Below, in pieces: positions 1 through 12,014 of a stretch of 64,000 nucleotides of DNA. The stretch comes from Podarcis vaucheri (Eukaryota): the NCBI GenBank assembly GCA_965113315.1, contig OZ220369.1. One strand, 5' to 3'. The translations under genes and the position numbers were made by a program. How positions within the stretch are numbered: the stretch's first letter is position 1; each line of letters starts with the position of its first letter. Below the pieces are notes generated by a model. It was not told the origin of the DNA. It searched no databases and was given only the letters and a program-made list of their open reading frames with translations.

Positions 1-661
1 ATTTAGATAATATGACCTTAGTTGCATACCATGGTGAGCCATACTTAATGCTTTACCAATGAACATGTCTCGCTTGGCCCCTCTGCTCCTTCCCACACAC
101 TCTGGGAGGAAGCAAACAATTATCCCAGGGCTTAATATTATGACCAAACCAGCAATTATGGTTCACTTTGCTCTCAACAAGTCAATTATTGGCCATTAAG
201 GTGTGTGCACAGTAAACTATGGTTTACTATGTTGTGCAAACTGGGCCTCACAGTACTGCCTCCATTACATCCTCTGGATTGTCACGGCAACATTCTAAAG
301 CACCTTGAAACTGCCACAAGTTTAAACAGGAAAGGGAAGGGGAAGGCTAAGATAGTAGGGCCAGAGAAGCCCAGGCCAAAATTTCAGAGGAGTGGAAAGC
401 ATCAATTTATATCCAAGCCCCATCCCATTTCTAAATGGAGTGCCAACAATAATACCCATCTAAAGTTGTGATAGCCAAACTTCTACCAGTTATAGTATCT
501 GAAAGACATAATGTGCAGACAATCCTATAAGGATCTGCATTAAGATAATCGTTTCAGGATCCTCGTTTCTTTTCTGGATTACCACCAAATGTTTACCCCC
601 CACAAAAATTTATTCCTTTTAGAAATGGGTTTCAAATAGATGTATCAAATACAATACTTGC

Positions 662-865
662 CTCTACGTAATGTTTTGAGAAAAGCGTCAATCTGTTCCT
701 GTCCAACCCCAAAGGCTCCCTTCTGTCCAAAAAGAAGATGGGATAGGAGGAGGTGCAAGACCTCTATTGCAATATCTTGGAAGCCACCTTCTTGATTTCC
801 ACTGACGTCTGCGTCAATGTATGAACGCAGAAGATCAGGAAGTTTCTGTTTAATAAACTGAGCAG
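662..865 (-). CDS. CNOT1: CNOT1 exon 7 (204 bp)
   Basis: AG acceptor after a (CT)n tract; encodes [15 protein letters not shown]...DAFLKTLRR; followed by GC donor GCAAGT. Confidence 0.93.
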
Positions 866-869
866 CTTT

Positions 870-911
<42 letters not shown>

Positions 912-3900
912 GAAAGCAGTTAACTAAATTGCTTTTAAAAAAAGTTTATGCATCTGCTCTTCTGGTTTATCAACAGCACTTGCCAACTGCTCTGATCGTC
1001 ACACAATAAGTGTGACAGTATATAGACAGTTGCATACTAGAACAACCAGTCAGAATAACCCAGCACCACCCTGCCTTGGAATGCAACCTCACTTGATGCC
1101 ACCTTGCATTTCCTTACACTGTTTGGTACAAGCACAAGAAAGGAGAAGTGGAAGCTGGTACTTCTCCGGGCATACATGCTTGGCTTTTTCACCAATTTCA
1201 CTTTTTCCTGCTTAGGTTGCACCTAAAACCTGCCTGCCCTATCATGACTCTACTCAAATTCTAATGTGGATCCAGATACAGCTTCTATTACACCCTAAGA
1301 ATTTTTACTTCCAAATATATTTTAAACAGGACTAACAAGTGGTTCTAGGAAACTCAGATTAATGGAAAAATTGTTGCCTGTAGTTACCTCATTTAATTAA
1401 GAAAGAAGGGAATATTTTGGATCAGTGACCCGCAGATCAACTACTTTCAGAGTCCAGGTCAATAGAACTGACATAAGGAAGCAGATTTCATGTTTCTTAA
1501 TTACCTCTTAAGATTTTTTGGGTGGGTGTGTTGTATTAGATTTATATTGTGAGCTCAGAGCAGCTTGCATATGGTTCCCATGTTGTCTTCCCTTTCTGGA
1601 AGGGCTCAAGGAGAGCTGTATCTTATGTCTTCAGAACATTCTATTAGCCACAAAGATCAGGCAAGATTTTCAAGATCTGGGGTGTTTCCCCTCCCTCCAA
1701 ACATCAGCGGAGGCAACTACAAGGATGATCCTTGAATGAGTTAACTGGACCTTGAACTGTAGTCCCTTCTGGCCCTTGGATTCTACAACTTAAGCAACTA
1801 AATCCAGGAGAAGGATGAAAACTAAAGTCTCTTATAGACAACTCAGGAATCAGATTATACTAAAACTGAAGTAAAATCTGGTATGTGTGTCTATAATACT
1901 ATACAAATTTATCTTACCAAAACCTCGTAGATCTGGGTTGAAGGAGTTTAGCAAAGCAAGGCCAAAAATAACCTACAAATAGAAGAAAGAACTGTATTAT
2001 CACCTATCACATACATAGTCCAGCTGTTTTGCAACTAGACTGGCAAAGACAAACACCAGGGCTGAACTCTACTGTCCTCCCCACAACTTTCCTCATCCCA
2101 CTGAGTTAAAAAAACCCCCACTATGGATGCCCATGAGGTGGATTAGGATTTGGAGGGTGACGTTCTTGGCAGTGCTGCTACTCTAAAGCAAGATAGACAG
2201 GAAATCATTGTGACTAATGCCACACCTTATTTAATATGGTTGGAACATTTCCAAGAGCACTACCAGCTGTTAACCTTCCTCAGATTCTGTCAGTATGTCA
2301 GTCCCTCCATAGGATTCCTACTGGGGCCAGTGCTTTTAATTTGTTTATAAATGATCTATATTTAGGTAGCCAAGTTCATAGCCAACATCAAATTATTTGG
2401 GGCATTAAAACAAAATGGTGCTCCACAAGGTCTTCTCCAAACTGGGCGACTGGACATTTTAAAAGGAAATGCAGTTCAGCATAAAACAAGTGAAAAGTGA
2501 TAAACAAAAGTCTAAAAAAACCACTGATGAGATCCGAATTGAGAGAGTGACCAGGAAAAATATCTTGGGAGTTGTGATGGACAGTTTCATGAAAATACTG
2601 GTGTAGAGTGCAGCTGTTCTGAAAACAGCAGATTATAAAAGTGTTAATGTTTTACGCTTTTGTTTATATTCTGTTGTTACTGTTTCTGCTTGTTTTTGTT
2701 TGATTTTTTATGAACAATAATTGTTGAGGTTACAAATTATAAAATTAATAAAAAATTAATTACAAAAAAATGAAAACACATTTCATTGGTACAATTAGAA
2801 AGGAAATAAAAATTAAAACTGTCACTATCATAGTGCCTTTACACAAATCTATGATTTGCCTGTGTTCAGAGTAGCATGTAGAATTCTGTTCACCACACCT
2901 CAAAAAGCATATTGTAGAGCTACAAAAAGTGCAGAAAAGGGCAAGTAACATGATCAACTGAAGGAACTCCCCAGTGAGAAAGAGTTTCAATGACTGGGGC
3001 TAGTTGGGGGGTGAGGTGGTGGTAAGGACATGATAGAGGTCTATAAAATTAGGCATGCTGTTGAAAAAGTCATTGGACAAATATTCATTCCTCATTCATA
3101 ATACCAGAACTCAGGGTCAGACAATGAAACTGAATGTTGGGATATTCAGGTTGGACAAAAGGAGGCATTTCTTCACAGAACACACATAAAAAGCATGCAA
3201 CGATGGCCAACATTTTTAATGGTCAGACTAAAAGGGGATCAGACTACTTCATGGAAGATAAATATATGGACTTAACCCACCTCTTGAACCTTGCTTAATT
3301 TGATAACTTTGCTCAGCTGAGTGAATAAATGGGGTGACGGCTTAAGACTCTGAAAGAAAAAAGTTATATATGAGATGCTTATGTTTACAGTTTAACAGAA
3401 TACTGTACCAAGACAAAGATTCTCTGTGTCATAAGTTCCTCTACAGAAAAAATAAAATCAACTTCTGCTCATTAGTAGTACTTCCCAACTTCTCTGAAGA
3501 TAATATCATTTGTTGCCAAACTACCAGTATTCTCCAATTCCACCATACAATGTTCTGTAAATTGCTACAGAAGCCCCAATGAGGAGTGGGTGTTGCAGAG
3601 CAAAGAAATGTAAAATAAGTCAATTACCTGGATATTTTACGAGTACAGAATTTACATGATGTAAATCTTAAAAACTCCTTTGTTAATAATGAACATAGGT
3701 GTACATTTTGTAAAATTAGCTCACTGACACCTGAATAGGTTTTTAACATTCTTGTTAACAGCACTTTAAAACTGCATACAAACCTTTTGATAATGCAATG
3801 GATTTTCAATAGCATAGGACAGCGTCGAAATAAAATTTGGCTTTGTAATCAATGATGCACACTCCTGGATCAGAAACTGCGTCTGAAAAGAAAGGAGACA

Positions 3901-5656
3901 GCTATAGAAAAAGTTTTGGTTGGTTTGGGGGAGGCACCTATGATCTAGTTACCAGATATTACCAGGATTTTGTTTCTGTAAACATAATATATAAGCACAT
4001 TAAAGTACTTCAAACTGTCTTCTTACTATAGGATACGTTTGACAAATATTTTGATATCATAAAGATGAGATGGCAGATTAAACTATTTTGGTTCATCTTT
4101 CAAGAAGGTGAACGCAATTCACAATTCTTAGTCATTACAAACATCATCTGAATACTGTATCCATAGTAACAAAATAGAAGCTAATATTAAGAAATATTTT
4201 ACAGAGACAAGCCAAACAAGTGACTTGACTTGTGACTAAACTTGTGACTAAAATTCAAGTTACTGAACTCAGTTACTAAGTCATTCAAAGCTTGAGAAAA
4301 ATGAAGTTCCATCACACAAGACCTTAGGAACAGCAGTATTCAAAAGTAGCTCAAGTCTTCTATTTTAACATTTCCTGAAGTTCACAAATCTAAAATGTGT
4401 TGGGATTATTTACATTTACAAGCCACCTTAGAAGTACTCAGGGATACAGTTATTTCCATTTATGAATAGCTTCCTATGAAGCCTCCTGAAGCAATTAATA
4501 ATACCCACAATTAACACATATATGAAACAGTTCAAATACAACACATACACAGACTTGGCATTCAGATATGGCACTTCTATGCAACTTTTGTACTCATAAG
4601 TGGGCTAAGCCAATCTGAAAAAAGCACAGGTGTTCTCTGGAGTAGAGCCTCTTTTAAACTCTCCCGGAAAGATGTGCTTACCTGACTCCCTTCCAGATTT
4701 CTACAGAGTAACAAAAACAATGTTTCAGGAAGTTTTTGAACTAACTGCTGGGCAGAAAATCAAGCTATATTTTAAAACTTAGGAACACAGGAACCTGTCT
4801 TATACAGAGTCAAGCCACTGGTGAATCTAACTCATTTTTACAGACTGACTGGCAGGCACCTTTGTAGGGTTTCAGGCAGGAGTGCTTGGCATACCTGCCT
4901 GGAGATGCCTCTGGAGCATTTTATATGAAAAGCATGTGCTCTATCAATTAGCTATGGGACTTTTAAAAGTGGTGTTCTGTTGTAAATGTGCTGCCTGTAT
5001 GAAATGTATCCATACGTATGATGTTTTAGTAGTAGTTTCAGTGCTGCTTTTACTGTATGTATTTTCACAATGAATTTGTAAGTCGCTACAAGATGGACGC
5101 GGGTGGCGCTGTGGGCTAAAGCCTCAACGCCTAGGGCTTGCCGATCGAAAGGTCGGCGGTTCGAATCCCCGCGGCGGGGTGCGCTCCCGTTGTTCGGTCC
5201 CAGCGCCTGCCCACCTAGCAGTTCGAAAGCACCCCTGGGTGCAAGTAGATAAATAGGGACCGCTTACCAGCGGGAAGGTAAACGGCGTTCCGTGTGCGGC
5301 TCTGGCTCGCCAGAGCAGCGATGTCACGCTGGCCACGTGACCCGGAAGTGTCCCCGGACAGCGCTGGCCCCCGGCCAATAAATGTGAGATGGGCGCACAA
5401 ACCCCACAGTCTGTCAAGACTGGCCCATTCGGGCAGGGGTACCTTTACCTTTACCTTTACCTTACAAGATGGAAGCATTGTAGAATTAAAAAATGTAAAA
5501 ATTAAAAATCAAGAAACGAATTGGAAATTCTTTAAGGATAAAATTTACCTGATGGAAATCTTTACCGCTACTTTTACCATCGCCACTGAAATCCACATGC
5601 GAGAATAGACAGCGTAGTAAATGCCTGTCTGCCTCAGGGCCGTGCCGATTCACAAT
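662..5656 (-). CDS. CNOT1: CCR4-NOT transcription complex subunit 1, visible coding exons 3-7 (gene continues beyond the left edge; start codon probably hidden in the N-gap)
   Basis: join(complement): 5549-5656, 3784-3882, 3281-3349, 1918-1972, 662-865. Spliced translation [178 protein letters not shown] matches the CNOT1 N-terminus as I recall it; exon phases are consistent. Confidence 0.96.
871..906. repeat. (AG)n microsatellite
   Basis: Perfect dinucleotide run of about 18 units. Confidence 0.98.
1918..1972 (-). CDS. CNOT1: CNOT1 exon 6 (55 bp)
   Basis: tag|GTTATTTTTGGC...TTTG|gtaaga; [18 protein letters not shown]. Confidence 0.93.
2310..3262 (+). mobile_element. Degenerate CR1 LINE 3' fragment
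   Basis: Decayed RT C-terminal coding ([13 protein letters not shown]-like; GDMIEVYKI...RTQG..MKLNVG.FR.DKRR.FFT). Confidence 0.75.
3281..3349 (-). CDS. CNOT1: CNOT1 exon 5 (69 bp)
   Basis: cag|AGTCTTAAG...GAG|gtgggt; [23 protein letters not shown]. Confidence 0.93.
3784..3882 (-). CDS. CNOT1: CNOT1 exon 4 (99 bp)
   Basis: cag|ACGCAG...AAG|gtttgt; [33 protein letters not shown]. Confidence 0.93.
5095..5462 (+). mobile_element. Sauria SINE, full length, young
   Basis: tRNA-like head GGACGCGGGTGGCGCTGTGG...GGTTCGAATCC, 3' (ACCTTT)n tail, TSD TACAAGATGGA (5087-5097 / 5463-5473). Confidence 0.92.
5549..5656 (-). CDS. CNOT1: CNOT1 exon 3 (108 bp)
   Basis: tag|ATTGTG...CAG|gtaaat; [36 protein letters not shown]. 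Confidence 0.94.
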
Positions 5657-8334
5657 CTAGTTGCAAGAAAAACAAAAGAGCTGAAGCGAGGTACCATAGC
5701 ATTTGCAACTACATAGAATCACAGAACTGTAGAATTGGAAGGGACCCTGAGGATCATCTAGTCCAACCCCCTGCAACACAGGAATATGCAGTTGTTCCTT
5801 ATGGGGATCGGCCTTCAACCTTGGTGTTTATCAGCACCATGTTCTAACTGAGTGTTTCTACCACTTTCAGCTGCACTCTTAAGGAACAGGAGCCACACAG
5901 CTTTCTGGCAGGGTCCATGCTAGTAGCAAAAAGGAGAAAATAAGGGAAAGTCACACAGCGTCCAGGTCACATTAAACTACAGTTTAAACAAGTTTTGGTT
6001 TAACGTGACTGAACAGTGTGGGTGGTAAGCACTGCTTAAATGCTGCAGGGTCTGACTTCTGATGTCCTCCGAACCTGGGCTCATAGTTGTTTTCCCAAAA
6101 AAAACTCAAGTGGCAAGCCAAAAATGAACTTTGTTTAATGCTCGTGGTTTGTCAGGCAACATGACAAGCCAGACTGAAGGGGGAAGCAAGTACAGCAGCA
6201 AGTGACCCTAGCAGTCTTTCAGAGGTTCAAATGGGCCAATGACCCAGAAAAACAGGGAGGGCTGAGAACCACTTTGTAAAAATGAAAAAGGATATAACTT
6301 AAATTACTCTTTAATAAACAGAAAATCTGCTTGCTTTTAAAGTAGAGCATGTTAGCACTAAGCAAAATAAAATAAAAAAGCAACCTAAATATATTGCATA
6401 GTATGCATATAATTGAGGTAATTCCTGTTGAGTCCAGAATCGAAGATTTGTCATTTATCTGGGTTACTTATATTAAACATAAAAGCTATTTTAATACAAA
6501 GTAAGTTCTACAACCAAAAGCAGCATAAATATAACAAGAAGGTAACTGAATAGCAACCCCAAAATTAAAACAATATTTTAAAAATTGAGAGGCCCAAACC
6601 ACACCACTCTTTCAGAAGGCCTGAGTGAAACAAAAGATTTTACCTGGTGGCCAAAAGACCACATGAATGGGATAATATAAGCCTCCCAGAGATGGCTGTC
6701 TCATAACCAGGGTATTGCAACTGAAAGATTACCGCCCTCACTTATTTTGGTGGGGGCACCGGGAGCAGGGCCTCCAAAAGATCTTAAGGTTCAGGTAGGT
6801 ACACAGCTTGCCATTTATAAACCAGCACTTTTAAATTAGCCCCGGAAACAGATGGAGAACCAGCGCAGCTGAACAAAGCACAGGCATAATATGATCAAAC
6901 TGCACAGTCTTAGTTAAAACCTTTGAACTCCTGTTCTGAACCAACCACAGTTATTGGACCATTTTTATAGGCAGTCCCACATACAATGCAGTGCAATAGT
7001 CTAAAGGGGAAGTCAACAGAGGATGGGCAGTTGTGGCCATCAACACTCAGGCAAGGTCAAAGCTGGTGTATCCACCAAAGCTGAGAATAGGTAATTTGAG
7101 TCGTAAGATCATTTGAGCCTCCAGTGCTGGATCAATAAGCACCCCCAGTTGTACACCTGATCCTTTAGGGAGAGTAGAACAGGCTGAATACTATTCACCT
7201 GGATAGATAAACCAAGCAAACAGGGCAGCCCAACTTTTCATACCAAGTGGGCCACAATAGTAATTTGACACAGAGCCCATGGGCTGCACACTGCCTTGTT
7301 GCACACATGGGAGCATGGCCAAAATTTGATGCTGCCACCCACTCTGCCTTCGTAAAGCTGCCTAAGTGAGGCGCCAGGCTTTGGAAAGGAGGCATGAATC
7401 TCTATAAGGCTCCTACAGTTCTGACACCTCCTTCCAAAGCCTTGTTAGCTCTTTCCCAGCTTTGGGAAGGAGGCGGGAGAACTCTTAAGACATGGTTACA
7501 GTCCTCAGTCTTCCTTCCCAAAGCCCAGCTCCTCACTTAACCAGCTTTGGGTAGGCAGTGTGAGGAATGGGGTGGGTCTGTGTCAAATGTTGCAGAGGTT
7601 GCCAAAAAAAGCCTCAAGGCCTTATGTCACGCAATGGACCACCCTGAACCAATCAATACCTCTAATCTTCTGTGACTATGGGCAAGAGGGCTTCCACTTG
7701 CACAACAGGGCTTTCCTTGCTCTCCTCCTCCTACTACCCCCAAAGTTGGCTGCAAGGGGAGGTCAGAAGAATCCCCAAAACAGTGCACAGGAAGAAGAGA
7801 GAGGATCATTCCATCTGGCAAGCTGCATTGCTTGTACTAATAGGGACATTCATCATAGTGTGATGTTCAATTCCACCCTGAACTTCTGTTTTTCAGAGTT
7901 CATCCAGTTCATTGCCATGCCCAAGCAGTGTGCACAGCCTCACTTGCATGTGATGAGCAATAAATATAAAGCTGAGTATCATCTTCATTCTGGTGACACC
8001 TTCAACCAAATCTTCAGATGCTCTTTCTCAATGGTTTCATCAAGATGTTAAACAGTGTGGGCAAATGAATAGAACTCTGCAGAACAAGCATCAAGCAGTA
8101 CCTCTCAAACTTAAACCAGACAGCTGAACTGAAAGGACATGATTATTAATGGCACTGAACACTACTGAGAGGTCCAGGAGAATCAACAAGGTTCCATTTC
8201 CCATCTGCCAGCAAAGATCAGCCTACAGGATGACCAGGGTAATTTTTGGCTCCAAACCAGGTTAGAAGCCTAACAGAAATGGATCTGGGTTAGGAACCTC
8301 TGGCCTTCCTGATGTTGTTGAATCACAACTCCTA

Positions 8335-9140
8335 TTATACTGTGGAACCATAAGAGGGATAAACAATTCAAAACTAATCAGATAAGGTAAAGGTAAAGGG
8401 ACCCCTGACCATTAGGTCCAGTCGTGGTCGACTCTGGGGTTGCAGCGCTCATTTCGCTTTATTGGCTGAGGGAGCCGGCGTACAGCTTCTGGGTCATGTG
8501 GCCAGCATGACTAAGCCCCTTCTGGCGAACCAGAGCAGCGCACAGAAATGCCGTTTACCTTCCTGCCAGAGCAGTGCCTATTTATCTACTTGCACTTTGA
8601 CGTGCTTTCGAACTGCTAGGTTGGCAGGAGCAGGGACCGAACAATGGGAGTTCACCCCGTTGCGGGGATTCGAACCGCCAACCTTCTGATTGGCAAGTCC
8701 TAGGCTCTGTGGTTTAACCCACAGTGTCACCCGCGTCCCTACAATCTGATAAAGCACCTCTCAAATAATTTTTCCCTACCTAGAGCTTCGTAAAGGACAC
8801 TGGAAGCTTATTACTGAGCAGCGGAAGAAGAGAAAGCAGCTTTTTGCCAGTGCTGTCTTTTGATAATGTGTGTGCAATGAATCACATATTGGCTGTGTTT
8901 GCACATAAACTGTGGTTAATGTTATTTAACAGACCATGACTCACCTCGCAGACAAGCAAACAAGTCACAGCTTGTTTACTTCGTATCAGAGCGGGTACGG
9001 GGAACTGTGGCGCTCCAGATGTTGCTGAACTACAACTCCTATCATCCCTGACCCTGGCCACTAGCCATGCTTACTGCGACTGACGGGAGTTATAGTTCAG
9101 CAGCATCTGGATGGTCAGAGATTTCCAACCCCATTCTAGA
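8335..9140 (-). pseudogene. Decayed duplicate of the CTSA-like last-exon start and intron 10, split by a SINE
   Basis: 17-bp identity TTATACTGTGGAACCAT (8335-8351 = 21254-21270), then colinear similarity of 8751-8930 to 21322-21508, then the same MITE. Confidence 0.75.
8384..8739 (-). mobile_element. Sauria SINE, full length
   Basis: Reverse complement of the same head and (ACCTTT)n tail; imperfect TSD AATC(A/T)GATAA. Confidence 0.9.
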
Positions 9141-9488
9141 TAATCAGATTCATCTAAGAATAATTAGAATGAGCAGGCCCCTACTCTCTTGATCACTTTG
9201 TGAGGAAGGATTTATTTACAATTTTCTTTTTTAAAAAATACTTACAGCCCCACACATCACCAAATGGACATAGAAATTTTATACAAAATATCAGTTGAAA
9301 ACAATATATAGTTCATTAAAATCCTAAGCTAAATTCGGAAAACTAAACAAAATCACAAGAGCAACAAAACAGGAGTGCAGCAATACAGCAGAAGGGAAAG
9401 CATCCACTTGCCTGGAAGGCTTGGTAAAGAAGCATGTCTTAACCTGACACTGAAGATGTTACAATGACACACCCCAGAAGGGAAATAA

Positions 9489-9490
<2 letters not shown>

Positions 9491-9538
<48 letters not shown>
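9491..9538. repeat. (TAA)n microsatellite
   Basis: About 16 units, tail of a LINE-like 3' end. Confidence 0.97.
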
Positions 9539-9539
<1 letters not shown>

Positions 9540-9650
9540 TTATTACTTATACCCCACCCATCTTGCCAGGCTTCCCCAGCCACTCTGGGCGGCAGCCCTC
9601 TCATTTGTCACCAGTATTCAGTTTTTTGGGGATTTTTATATTAACATCTT

Positions 9651-10009
9651 GGAGGGACGCGGGTGGCGCTGTGGGCTAAAGCCTCAACGCCTAGGGCTTG
9701 CCGATCGAAAGGTCGGCGGTTCGAATCCCCGCGGCGGGGTGCGCTCCCGCTGCTCAGTCCCAGCGCCTGCCCACCTAGCAGTTCGAAAGCACCCCCGGGG
9801 GCAAGTAGATAAATAGGTACCGCTTACCAGCGGGAAGGTAAACGGCGTTCCGTGTGCGGCTCTGGCTCGCCAGAGCAGCGATGTCACGCTGGCCACGTGA
9901 CCCGGAAGTGTCCCCGGACAGCGCTGGCCCCCGGCCAATAGATGTGAGATGGGCGCACAAACCCCACAGTCTGTCAAGACTGGCCCGTTCGGGCAGGGGT
10001 ACCTTTACC
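9651..10009 (+). mobile_element. Sauria SINE, full length, young
   Basis: About 8 substitutions versus the 5095 copy by eye; 18-bp TSD TTTTTATATTAACATCTT (9633-9650 / 10010-10027). Confidence 0.92.
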
Positions 10010-11721
10010 TTTTTATATTAACATCTTAGACTGGGCTCAGCAGCAAATTGGCAACCAGCACAAAATCTTTCAGGACCTGCAGTAACACCCAGCAGTAACC
10101 TAGCTAGCTGCTATATTATGCACCAGTCGCAGCTTCCAAACCATCTTCAAGGGGAACCCCATATAGTGCACTGCAATAAACTGATAAGGAAACATTATCC
10201 ACTGGCCTATAGTTAATATCATCTGGATCCAGGCTGGGCTGACTTGTAGCTTCTTTTAAAGAAGATGCAACAGCTTATTTTGTCAATGAAGAAAGAGCAA
10301 ACGTGAGTTTAAGCACAGGGGCTTTCCTTATATCTTCTGCTGTGAATTCATTCAGCTTCTCTGCATTCACCTTTTCTTCCTTTTGACAGCTTTTGACTCC
10401 TTTACTGTTCAAAGGTCCAGCTGTCTACCTAGATGGTCTCTACTACTCAAGTATTTTATGGTTGTTGATTTTTGTTTTTAGCAGCTGTCATCCTCAAATT
10501 CTTTTTTTGCATCGCTTATGGTCTGCTTGCAATATGAAAAGTCTTACTTCCCCCTGCTATGTGCATATTTTATAGTTTTGTTTTTCATGTTTTAATTTTG
10601 GTCTATTATAACTGTTCTCCGTATTATATACACTATAAAATGAAAATTTAAAACTTTACAAAAGAATCAGTTATTTAAAGACCTTAAACATAGAAGTTAA
10701 AAATCATTTGAAAGTTGGATGTAAACAAGGATCAAAGTAGCATACTTCTAAGTAGTACTGAGTATAAGACCCTTCAAGTGAGGAAGACCAGAACACACTG
10801 CTAACCAAAAACCCTCTGCCAGCTTCAAATGTTTGCAGGAAAACTAGGGCAGCAACAACGTGGGCATATGGTGCCACATAGATGTTGCCCTGGAGTAATG
10901 GTTCTTCAGGTCACTATACTTCATGCTACACTTCTTCCACATTCACTTTTTCACATCTCATCCAGGTTGAGAATTAAATGACATTACTAGCCACACTGGG
11001 CAGGGAACTGCAAACCTGAAGGTTCACTTCACTGTTTTCACCATCATTTCTACCACCAGTACCAGCCTCAATTCTTTTTTCCCCTTTTAAAAAAATCTAA
11101 CCATTCAAAAAAGAAATGCAGACCTGGAGGCAACAAAAAGAAAGAGGCAACTACTTTTGTAACTATGAAAAATACAAGCTAGAATGAACAATTTTCATTT
11201 AATAAGCAAAACAGACAGTAATAACACTTGCAATAAATTCACCCTAGAATGAACTAAGTATTGCCAATTTAATTTTGCATTAAATTACTACAAGACATTG
11301 CAAGAAGGTCAGGACAGGCTGATTTTAAATACTCAAAAGAACTCTGTTATAAACATGGAAATGAGCAATAACTCTACAGGACCACTGAGTAATTAAAGCC
11401 AATGTCGTAAATCAATTCAGGTACAAACAAACAAAAAAAGATGAAATAACAGGATAAATAAGATATAAAACTACTTAGAGTTTAATAAACTTGACAATTG
11501 TCAACTCCCAGCAAGCAAAATATAGTAAGATCTTAGTGGCCTGTGGTGTTTTGAACTACAAATCACATCAACCAGTTAACATGGTCTGTGGCTCCACAAC
11601 ATCTGGAGATTACCAGGTTGGGGAAGGTTGTTCTAGCAACTAAACCAATCAAGAAGTGAGAAGTAGGAATATAAACAGTACGAACTAAGTTGTGGATACC
11701 CTTTTCATTTCTTTTTTTAAT

Positions 11722-11925
11722 NNNNNNNNNNNNNNNNNNNNNNNNNNNNNNNNNNNNNNNNNNNNNNNNNNNNNNNNNNNNNNNNNNNNNNNNNNNNNNN
11801 NNNNNNNNNNNNNNNNNNNNNNNNNNNNNNNNNNNNNNNNNNNNNNNNNNNNNNNNNNNNNNNNNNNNNNNNNNNNNNNNNNNNNNNNNNNNNNNNNNNN
11901 NNNNNNNNNNNNNNNNNNNNNNNNN
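11722..11925. other. Assembly gap (204 N)
   Basis: Run of n, flanked by T-rich runs. Confidence 1.
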
Positions 11926-12014
11926 TTTTTTTCCAGTTAGCCTATATAATCAATTTATGCTGTATGTTCAGCTCTTCTTTCCCAGTATTCTCACTCTGTT
12001 CTGAACCATGGCAC
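11926..12014 (-). other. CNOT1: CNOT1 exon 2, visible 5'UTR part; exon runs into the N-gap, which probably contains the ATG and first ~34 codons
   Basis: Strong acceptor ttttgtcctgcag|GTGCC at 12014; the [20 protein letters not shown]... coding segment was not found anywhere else between exon 1 and exon 3. Confidence 0.7.

Noticed and set aside
460-590. Hairpin-forming intronic stretch ending in ACA-NNN on the minus strand; CNOT1 hosts H/ACA snoRNAs
   Set aside because: No similarity to SNORA46/SNORA50 as I recall them and no convincing two-hairpin/H-box layout; needs an Infernal/Rfam search
5124-5417. Near-identical 97-aa ORFs at 5124-5417 and 9684-9977
   Set aside because: Antisense reading of Sauria SINE copies, not genes
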